A stretch of DNA of 61,209 nucleotides. Origin: Ionaspis alba. Lineage: Eukaryota. The notes beneath the pieces were generated by a model, which did no database searches, was not told the DNA's origin, and saw nothing but the letters and a program-made list of their open reading frames with translations. The translations under genes and the position numbers were made by a program. Each line of letters begins with the position of its first letter. Positions within the stretch are counted from its first letter, which is position 1. The DNA is taken from assembly GCA_964255285.1 (NCBI GenBank), contig CAXUUL010000023.1, positions 1 to 61,209 of the forward strand. Direction: 5' to 3'. This document shows, one piece after another, positions 52,225 through 61,209 of this stretch.

Positions 52225-54195
52225 ATGTACGAGACAAGTCTACACGCCGAATCCATCGCTGGAGGTCAAAGAGCAGCAAACAGTAATGTTCGTGTTGCGG
52301 AATGGGTGGTTACTTTGGACTCTATACGCCAGGACGAGCGACTTGCGGATCCTTCAGATATGATCTCCAACGTCCCTTCCGTCTTTTCTGGGGACGAAGC
52401 GAATACTGTTGTAACAAGCGCAACTTCTGCGCAACGTGCTGTGCAGGATCGCGAAGCTACTGATGCGGTATGGGACGAATCTGACGATGATTTGAACACC
52501 GACCTTGCCAAAGCGGCGACAGACACTGGCACAAAAGCCTTCGAAGCGCAAGAATGGGAAGAGGCCGATTCTCTTCTTCAAGAAGCCTTACGATTACTGC
52601 AGCAGCTTTCAAAACAGCAACGAGCATTCTGTGACACCTTCGAGCTGCAGTATAAACTTGCTGTCTGCGCGTATCACACGCAAGAGCCTGTGGATGCCAA
52701 AGAAGCTCTTGTGAGCCTGGTCCAGCAGCCAGCGAGCTCCGATAAACAACGCGGGTATATCTGTGACGCAGCACACCTCTTGTCGTGTCTATATATTCGC
52801 ATAGGCCAGGTCGACCGTGCACGATCTGTGTGCGAGAAAACCTTACAGGCCCGGCGGCGGTTGTTGGGCAAACGGAACGATGCTTCGTTAGAGTCGACGG
52901 TGCTTATGGCTCATATATACGTCTTACTCAACAACCGTGCTCGGGCTAAATCATGCCTTGCCATGATACCAGAAGCCCGCAAAGACGCCGTCCTGAAAAT
53001 CGTCGAAAAGACACTGGGCACGAAAGTGGAGCGATTTGATTCTTCGTCACTACCGACTCGGTCGATCTTCAAAGGTTCGAGCGTGGCAATGAAGCTCCTT
53101 CAGGGCGGGCTCTCCGCAACTTCTTTGGTGTTGCCCATGGAAAATCGTTGTTACGGCCCGGTATCTGCGAGGATCTCACAATTGCCAGCTACTAGTCTCC
53201 AGCAATTGTACAGAAGTATCCCGTCAAATAAAACGGCTTTGGAGGATCTGCAATCTGTTACGGTGACGTCTCTTTCATCGGCAGACGGGAAGAGAGAGAA
53301 AACGAGTGAAGATTACTCCGAAAACCTGGGATCACCTGTTGCCGCGGCTCCAAGCCTGGGCGATCCTCCTGAGGCAAATGAAACCTTGAAAGGCAAAACT
53401 CTGTCCCGGAAGGAGATACTCTACAATATCGGATGTCAACCCAAAGATCGGATCGAGGAGGCTGTTTGCGACGGTAACCACCCAGCTATTGTCAGTCTTC
53501 TCAATAAGAAAAGAGGTTTTTGGCGGTCAAAATTGCGGAAGCGGGTCCGTCCAGAACGCCTAACTGCTTTACACTTCGCCGCACTCTTCGGAGAGATTGA
53601 TATGGCGCGGCGCCTTCTCGACTCCGATCTTAAGGTCAACGAAGTCCCGTACGGATATACAACAAGTCTCACGCCTTTGAAATTTGCCATTGGCGCTCGA
53701 CAAGTGGATATGGTTGAGTTTCTGATTGCAAATGGTGCCAAGCCGATTGAGCCAGATTCATGGTCAGCTTTGGCTGGGCAACTAATGAACCGCTCATGGT
53801 TGAAGAAAACCATGTCAGAGGCTGAGAAGGAACATGTTCCAAACAGGATAATTGCCATCTTGAGGATCTTGCTCAAGCACGGGTGGGACATAAACAAGCC
53901 CTTCGAGACGTCCGGCGGAACGGTGCTCCATCAGGCTGTCGCCTTTTGGACGGGTTCTTATAAGTGGGATCTGAGTCTTCGCGCTGCCGTGACTTCATTT
54001 CTATGCGAACGAGGTGCGGATCCTTTCCAAGCAAATACAGAAGGCAAGACGCCCTACGACATGGCTTCCGCTTCCGGTCATCAAGACCTCTTGCGAGTGC
54101 TCGAACAAGGCTCGAAAAAAGCAGAACTAGACGGGGTGCCAGCGGAGCCAGCTGAGCTTCTCAATGAGCTTGATGGTGTGGGTCAAAAGATATAA
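52225..54195 (+). CDS. TPR plus ankyrin-repeat protein (N-terminally truncated)
   Basis: Frame open from 52072 to 54195; first ATG at 52225. TPR-like EWEEADSLLQEAL and ARSVCEKTLQARRRLLG; ankyrin TALHFAALFG, TPLKFAI, TVLHQAV, GKTPYDMA. Confidence 0.75.
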   Translation: MYETSLHAESIAGGQRAANSNVRVAEWVVTLDSIRQDERLADPSDMISNVPSVFSGDEANTVVTSATSAQRAVQDREATDAVWDESDDDLNTDLAKAATDTGTKAFEAQEWEEADSLLQEALRLLQQLSKQQRAFCDTFELQYKLAVCAYHTQEPVDAKEALVSLVQQPASSDKQRGYICDAAHLLSCLYIRIGQVDRARSVCEKTLQARRRLLGKRNDASLESTVLMAHIYVLLNNRARAKSCLAMIPEARKDAVLKIVEKTLGTKVERFDSSSLPTRSIFKGSSVAMKLLQGGLSATSLVLPMENRCYGPVSARISQLPATSLQQLYRSIPSNKTALEDLQSVTVTSLSSADGKREKTSEDYSENLGSPVAAAPSLGDPPEANETLKGKTLSRKEILYNIGCQPKDRIEEAVCDGNHPAIVSLLNKKRGFWRSKLRKRVRPERLTALHFAALFGEIDMARRLLDSDLKVNEVPYGYTTSLTPLKFAIGARQVDMVEFLIANGAKPIEPDSWSALAGQLMNRSWLKKTMSEAEKEHVPNRIIAILRILLKHGWDINKPFETSGGTVLHQAVAFWTGSYKWDLSLRAAVTSFLCERGADPFQANTEGKTPYDMASASGHQDLLRVLEQGSKKAELDGVPAEPAELLNELDGVGQKI

Positions 54196-54470
54196 GTAAT
54201 AGTAATGGTCACCATTAAACCAATGGACACTGTAGTATAGCGGTTCCATTGAGTAATACCCCGGGCGACGGCGCGAGGAGTTTTCGTTCAGTAATACCTC
54301 TATAGTCGGACACAAGATTTTTTTTTTCCAGTTCCAGTTACAGTCGCCAACGTGAAGTGCGGCTGCTTTGACCTGAGCTGAGGGTGAAGCGACCGAAATA
54401 CGCGTGAGGACGCCTAAGCGGGCAGTGAAGGGGACGTGCCCAGCCTTGATAGGCCGTAACACCGGAGGTA

Positions 54471-54494
54471 TCGTTATAACGAGGGTTTACTGTA
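54471..54494 (-). mobile_element. Solo terminal inverted repeat resembling Tc1/mariner-pogo ends
   Basis: Reverse complement reads TA-CAGTAAACCCTCGTTATAACGA, with a TA target and the 12-bp palindrome TCGTTATAACGA. No matching partner or transposase seen. Confidence 0.45.
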
Positions 54495-54500
54495 GCGGCC

Positions 54501-54530
54501 GACTTATGCGAACTTATGCGGATTTATGCA
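54501..54530 (+). repeat. Three tandem 10-bp units (GACTTATGCG, AACTTATGCG, GATTTATGCA)
   Basis: Read directly from the sequence. Confidence 0.7.
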
Positions 54531-54715
54531 GCAAAGCGGCATAAAGCCCGCAGATCCTTCCAGACTCATTTCTTCCTGCCGTCTAGTCCAAATCCAATTT
54601 TGAAGAGCAAAGATCCCTCGTAGGTAATTATAGCACCCTGCACTCTGAGATTCCATGATTGACCAATTCGTCGCTTCAGATCAGGACTTCACTCCAAGAC
54701 ATCTCATTTCACAAG

Positions 54716-55309
54716 ATGGCAGAGCCAGCGCCAAAGAGACAAGTATGCTACGGATCCTGTCACTGCGGATTGACGCAGTACATCGTCTTCCTCACCCTTC
54801 CACATCCATTCTCGTCGTCTCATCCACCACAACCAATCCAGCAAGAAATCTACCGCTGTAACTGCAGCACGTGTTACAAAATGAATATCTTCCACGTTCG
54901 TCCTGCCAACCCTCGAGACGATTTCATGCTCCTTTCACCACTTGATCCAGATCATGAATTGAGTACCTACCAATGTTACGACAAAGAACTGAAATTCTAC
55001 TTCTGTCCAAAATGTGGAGTGCGATGCTTTACGTTTGGGGGCGTGGGCGAGACGGATATCGTGGATTTTACAGAGCTAGCTGATAGCAAAAAAGGGAAGA
55101 GAGAAGTTTGGCGCGCGAAGTGGGATGGAGAGAATGATACAAGACCGTATGTTTCAGTTAATGGGACTACAATTGATTTTAGAGAGGATTTCGATCTACG
55201 TGTTCTCACTGAGGAGAAGAGAGTGCAGTATTTCGATGATCGGAGTGAGCCGGAGGAGAAAAAGAAAGAGGCAAGATGGGACAGACCACATTATGGTGGA
55301 AGTTATTGA
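54716..55309 (+). CDS. GFA/CENP-V (DUF636) zinc-binding protein
   Basis: Intronless; GSCHCG, CNCSTCYK, FCPKCGVRCF, SVN motifs. Confidence 0.88.
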   Translation: MAEPAPKRQVCYGSCHCGLTQYIVFLTLPHPFSSSHPPQPIQQEIYRCNCSTCYKMNIFHVRPANPRDDFMLLSPLDPDHELSTYQCYDKELKFYFCPKCGVRCFTFGGVGETDIVDFTELADSKKGKREVWRAKWDGENDTRPYVSVNGTTIDFREDFDLRVLTEEKRVQYFDDRSEPEEKKKEARWDRPHYGGSY

Positions 55310-55965
55310 CCGGTTGAGAAGGGTAGTAGGGTCAAGGCGGAGTACCTACCAAGTGAAGAGAGCTTCCTCTCTAGCATGTTTTGTGGTGACGGGTCTCACC
55401 GTGCCTCTTTCTGTGCATATGTGTCTATGTGTGTGTGTCTCTGTGTGCTTAGTCTCGGAGGGTTCCCGTTTCGGCGCCCCTGGGGCCCAGAACTGGGCGC
55501 CTGCGTACCATCGTCTAAAGTTGACCGAATGGACACAACAACCAGCGATCGACCTAATTGGCGCATCGAGGCAAGTGAGCAGAGCCACCTGAGCGAAGGG
55601 TGAAGAGGGCGAGCGGTGGGTGAGAGGAGGGTGATCCTCGCCTGCGCAAGGGCGGCGAGGCTGACTAACCGCAACAGGCGCGTCAAAAAAACCTGTCGTG
55701 TCCGACTGCCCAGATAGTCTTAAAACTCATAACTTTCCGATAACGGTGACCTACTCTATCTTATCCGACTTTAGAAAGTCGCAATTGTCTTACTCCCCAT
55801 AGCCCTTCTCCGGCTCGCTTCCCCTTTCCGCCCCTTGCATAACACCTCCCCTGCTGTGCACCCCACTTCCCCTAAGCGACGCCCCGCCTCTGAAACCCCT
55901 TCCACTCCCAAACAACTGCCCCTCCCCGCCATCCCTCCCGAACTCACCAAACAAACAGACAAACA

Positions 55966-57483
55966 ATGGCCTCCACCTCCGACCTTCTCATCTGTACCGC
56001 CTGCGGCACCCAATTCAGCGAGACCCATAAGCGTTCCTGCAGGATCTGCGACGTGCGTGAGCAGCTTTCCCCCCTGCCCTCCCTTCCTCATTCCCACACA
56101 CCTACGCCATGCCTTCATTGCGATACACGATCTAACACACCTGCTTCAGGACCCTCGGCAATTCGTACCTCCAACCGGCCAAACCTTCACCACCCTGTCG
56201 GCCCTGCGGTCCGGTCCCTACGAAAACAAATGGCAGCAGGATGAGCATGACGGCAGGGTGTGGTCTGTGTGGACAGAGCCGAAGGTGCCTACTTAACCCA
56301 TTGCATATCCTCGGTCCTGCGGTTCACCGACTGGTGCCTTGGAGGAAGAAGAACGTGCCGCCTGCATGTGGTGGAAGGGAAATGGGAATAGGAGAATAAA
56401 GGAGGAAAAGGGGAGAGCAAAGGCTGATTGGGGAAGTTCGCTATAGGTCAACGAGCTATCCTGCTGCGGACGCCGGGAGGGAACGTGCTGTGGGATTTGA
56501 TAGCGTTTTTGGATGAGGCTAGCATTGACAAGGTGGGTCGGATCTAGAACAGCACGTGCGGATCTGGTGTTACTGTTTCTGCTGCTGTTTCTGCTATCGG
56601 AATCTCGTGGCTGCTCGTGGATTGCTCGTGGCGATGGGGGCTGATCAATGGTGTTGCATGCAGATTAAGGAGATGGGCGGCCTGAAGGCGATTGTGATCA
56701 GTCATCCGCATTATTATACTACGTATGCGGAGTGGGCGAGGGTGTTCAAGTGTCCGGTTTATACGTCGGTTGAGGATGCGGAGTGGATGAGTAGGCATGA
56801 GGTGGATGTTGAGAGGAGGTTTATTGTGGCAGGAGTGGAGGAGGTGCTGGAAGGGGTTAGGGCTGTGAAGGTGGGAGGACATTTTGAAGGGAGTCTGGTG
56901 CTACACTGGGAGAAAAAGTTGTTTATTGCGGATAGTTTGGTTACGGTGCCGGTAGGTGGTTCTGGGTTTGTTGTTTGCGTGGCTTGCTCGGAGACTGAAT
57001 AGTTTAACGGGAGGCTATTTCGAGTAGCGTTCATGGTGCGGTGGTTGGCTGTGGCGGGCCGTGGCTGCTCGCCTCTGTTGTATTACTGTGGTTCAAAGAT
57101 GCCTTTGTCTGGATTCTTTTGCCGTTGTTGTACCCGAGGTTTTGTTTCTCTCCCATGGCAATGTTCTTTACCATGGTAATGATGTTCTCACTAATACCTG
57201 TTTGAAACAATAGTCCGCCTACTATCGTGTCGATCGGCCTCGGGGAACGACATCCTATGCGTTCATGTGGTCAATACCGAACATGATACCTCTTCCGCCG
57301 GATGAAGTGATGGAGATCTGGAAAGCGTTGCGCCCCTTCGATTTTGAAAGTACTCATGGCGCTTTCCTGGAAATGGATGTCCGAAGTTCGGATGTGAAAG
57401 GGAGGATTTTGGAGAGCGCAAAGATACAGATCAGGGCGGAAGGATATCGGGAACATGATCTGCTAGAAGAAGAGTGGCCGTGA
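55966..57483 (+). CDS. Metallo-beta-lactamase-fold hydrolase with N-terminal CxxC..CxxC knuckle (YmaE-like)
   Basis: ICTACGTQF..CRICD|DPRQFVP, EPK|FAIGQRA, LWD, ISHPHYY, GGHFEGS, FMWSIPNMIPL, STHGAF. Introns 56053-56149, 56285-56436, about 56533-56663 and about 56952-57213. Confidence 0.88.
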
Positions 57484-59342
57484 GCCACGCCGAGGAGGTG
57501 ATTAGTCAAATAATGAGGATTATGATGATGGCGGTGCTGTTAGTGGCCGGCCGAGAGTGTCCGATGCTTGGTATCTATTGGCAAGGGAGAAAGGCTGTTC
57601 ATGGAGCGAGTTTAGTGTCAACGGTTTGGCATATACTCTACCAATTCATTGCCAATAAGGCATCAAGGTTGCAGATAATTGGTCGTGGGCGTGCCTGACC
57701 TTTGCGCTTGTGGTTTTGACTTTATTTGTTGTCAGGAGGTTACAACAGTTGACCCGTTCCTTCAGCCGTGCCCGTCAGGTTCGCCAGCCTCGATGGATAA
57801 GATAGCTACACTCCAGGGATGCAATGTACTTCGTTCCAAACTTAATGTCACAAGTACGGTAAGGTCGTGGTGGAAGGCTTGTTAGGGAAGACAGCCCAGT
57901 CGTAAATCCCTACTAGTTACATGGACAGATCCTGGAAGGATTCCCGCCACATTGCAGGTTGTATGTCTTTCTGTCCGTTTGTTCTGTAGCCAAGGCCCAA
58001 GGATGCTTACCTTACCGTACATCCTATGGTCCATCTTCCTTCGTCTATTGTTCTCCCTCTTCTCGTCTACGGATCTGGTCATCACCCTCCAATACGGCCT
58101 CTCAAACAAGCTTTTCCGACGCGGCTTACATTGCCTGACGCAATTCCTTCCAGAGCATTCAACTGGAACAGCGACGATGACCATGAGAGAGAGAAATGGA
58201 TGCCGGCCAGGATGTCGCCATCCTTTGACTTTTGGGATGGCTTTTTGAGGTCTGGACGGATTTCCCCACCTCGAGACCTATATTTACATTTCTTATTACA
58301 CCATCGCCCCTATACGAGTGCCATGGCCAGCGGTCGATCACCCGTTGGCCAGGATTCCCCACAGTTCGCAAGGCTAGCACCAAAAAAGCTGTGGCAGAGG
58401 CTGTGTACCAGCCAGTAGCAGTGACAACCACAACAAGCTGAGCGACGGGTACCTCCTAAGACCCAGCCCAGGTAGGATTCTTTGCCTAAGTCAGCAACCT
58501 TCCAAGCAATTGGGGGGAGTTGTTCCGATTGCCGATAGATGATTGGCGCAAATGATGACAAGACGAAATGATGAAAAATGCAAGCTGGACAGCGACAGCC
58601 ATGATCAGCTTCGCCTTCCCTCTGCGAGGTACCACGCAAGTATCCACCATCCCAACGAACACGAGGTTTTGGGTCCGATGAAGCTGCACGCGCGCTTCCC
58701 GACCAGCGGAGAGATGCAGCAAGTGCAGCAGTGCAATCCCAAGTTGGTAAGACAGTCTATTGTCCCATCCATGCCTGCCGCATGTCGGCTGAGAAAGTTT
58801 GATTGGCATGCTTTTCCTACCGCCATTGTTGCTGCTGCGGTAGGTTGATTTCGTTTCCCGTTTCCCATTTCCCATTTCTGCCTGTACCATCACATCATCG
58901 CAAAAAAATTCTGTCTTGGTCCAAGCAGAACTTCTGAACGAGTAGTAGTCAATCATACCTCTCGGCAAAACCGGGCTGAAGCTTGGGAGCGGTCAGCATC
59001 TTGCATCCTATTTTTTCCTCCCTTCCGCCTTGCCTGTCATTTCCATTGCGGAAGTCCGCACATGTGCTCGTGTTGACCTTGCTCGCCTTCACAGTTGGTG
59101 AAGGGCGTTCCTGGAATTGCTCGGACTGCTCCTTTCTCGTTCGTTCCGTGTTAGTCGTTAGATCTTGCATTGCCTTCATATCTAGGCGCCTCACATCATG
59201 TGCAACCATGTTAGCTGCTAGATATAAAAAGAGACCATCCAGCCCAGTGCGAGGTTGACCAGACGCACTTTAATTACTTCTACATCTGCCCACCCCCACC
59301 GCAGTCACTTCCCATCCTAGATCCTCCTACCTACATCTAACC

Positions 59343-61209
59343 ATGAAGCTGATCAATCCCCTCCTGGGGATCCTCACCCTGATCCTGTCGACCACTGTCA
59401 CTGCAGTCTATGTCATCAACGGCACGCAAGGTGGTGTTAACCCAAACACTGGCGAAAGACCGTTTCGCCTGGAGATCGGCAGGCTTCAAGCTTCGGGTCC
59501 TGCTTGGGATCTATACATTCTTGCTCTGCAGAGGCTGCAAGCCACGAGTCAACCACAGCTATTATCATATTACCAAGTCGCCGGTGAGTCTTAGAGCCCG
59601 GGGGCTAGCAATTGCACTGTGTGAATGAAGCAAGTTGACATCATCTAGGAGTTCATGGGTATATTTAGAAGACCTCGAGTCACCTGACCTGCCATTGACC
59701 GAGATACAGGTACCCTAATATACCCTGGGACGGTGTAAACGGAGGCGATTATTCGATCGGCTACTGCACCCATGCCTCGATCTTGTTCCCATCCTGGCAC
59801 AGGCCCTACTTGGCATTGGTCGAGGTACGCACCTCTTTCTTACCATCATCAGTTTCGCTTTGTACTAACAATGCCTTCCAGCGACTGCTCTGGGAAAACG
59901 CGCAAGCAATTGCTGCAACCTACCCGGCCGCTAGCCGAGCAACATATCAAGCTGCAGCTGTCACCCTTCGAATGCCATACTGGGATTGGTCGATCAATTA
60001 CTCCATGCCTGGTGTTGTCAGTCAACGAACCATTACCGTCAACAGTCCCACAGGTGCTCGCACGATCAACAATCCTCTCTACACTTACACCTTCCACCCA
60101 CTACCCGGTGCTAGTGACTTTCCCCCTGGAGACGGCGTGAGTTCCCCAACATGATCTTGGCATGCTCGGATCCTGCAGGTCCATCTGCAGTGCTACTTAA
60201 TCTATTTGCATGAAGTAGTGGCTAACGTATGGTCTTTACGGCTGTATTTCTAGTTCTCACAATTCCCCCGCACTGTTCGCTATCCGGATCGCAATGGCAA
60301 CAGCCAGCCTGGTCTTGTCAATCAGCAGCTACAAGCTAATGGGCCAAGGTGAGTCGAGGATTGTTTTCGCATGTTATCCACAAACTAATCAAAGTAGTTT
60401 CCATGACATGACCTACCAGCTTCTTGCTTCGCAACCCAACTATGCGCCTTTCTCCAATACCGGGTTTTCCGATGGCACAAACAACGATTATAATAGCATC
60501 GAGAACTTGCATAACGCCATTCATGGTTTGGTCGGCAATGGAGGTCACATGTCTGTAATTCCATATGCAGCATTCGATCCTATTTTCTGGCTTCATCATG
60601 CGTAATTAACCTCGCTTCCACCCCAAAATTGACCCAAGCTCATGATTTCTCCAGCAACGTCGATAGACTCGTTGCCATCTGGCAAGCGCTCTACCCCAAC
60701 TCCTGGACCACTCCTCAAGTTGATGCTTACGGCACATACACCAACGAGCAAGGCATGATCGAGGACATCGGCACACGTGAGTCACACTGGCCCCCGAAAT
60801 CAATCTAATCTGACGTCTTTTCAGCTTTGACACCCTTCCACTCCAACGCCGGCGGTGCCATCCACGACTCGCAGAGCGCCAGATACACCCGCACCTTCGG
60901 CTACAGCGTCCCCGAAGTCGTCGACTGGAATGTCAGCCCCTCTCAGCTCGCCGCCAACGTCCGCGCCAAGATCAACAGCATCTACAATCCCAACGGCACT
61001 CTCCGCACACGCTCCGTTCGCAACGGCCGAAGCCTCGACAAGCGCCGTCCAACCGCCGCAAATGCCGATCATCAATGGGTTCTGAACATTCGCGCTGACA
61101 AGTAAGCTTTTGTTCTTCGCTCACTCCCTCCACACCTCAAGCTAACCAATCCAACCAACCAGGACCCGCCTCCCCTCCTCCCTCTTCCTCCACTTCTTCA
61201 TTGACCCAC
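59343..61209 (+). CDS. Secreted tyrosinase, partial (continues beyond window)
   Basis: Signal peptide MKLINPLLGILTLILSTTVTA; CuA G-VHG-YP, YCTHASILFPSWHR, RMPYWDW; CuB ENLHNAIH..GHMS..AAFDPIFWLHH.NVDR; many short introns; TATA-like TATAAAAA at 59223. Confidence 0.93.

Noticed and set aside
58550..58800. Two C-box-like ATGATGA motifs upstream of the tyrosinase
   Set aside because: No D box (CTGA) at a suitable distance and no terminal stem.
1..61209. rRNA, tRNA, telomerase template, CRISPR arrays, intact transposase or Starship captain
   Set aside because: No diagnostic sequences recognised by eye; a covariance-model scan could still find small RNAs I missed.

Overview
Intron-containing fungal DNA, most likely a filamentous ascomycete (Pezizomycotina), with two 100-N scaffold gaps. 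About 18 intact genes can be built across GT-AG introns: polo kinase, a MutL homologue, PFA4 palmitoyltransferase, a DHDPS-family aldolase, a SET-domain fusion protein, class IV chitin synthase head-to-head with its SEL1-repeat activator, a PAS hybrid histidine kinase, a D-2-hydroxyacid dehydrogenase, a secreted WSC protein, CDC1 head-to-head with a ZRC1-like CDF transporter, DUF202, a GH3 glucosidase, an UNC-93-like MFS transporter, a TPR/ankyrin protein, a GFA/CENP-V protein, an MBL-fold hydrolase and a secreted tyrosinase running off the right edge. Between them lie decayed accessory genes: a pseudokinase-like pseudogene, an ankyrin pseudogene, and a ruined HeLo-like N-terminus upstream of an intact TPR-ankyrin ORF. 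The most unusual signals are that domain-selective decay, repeated C-rich to G-rich skew switches, a GFA gene between degenerate TA-flanked inverted repeats, and a candidate structured RNA at 48.2 kb. I recognised no rRNA, tRNA or CRISPR. Family calls come from recalled motifs; no searches were run.
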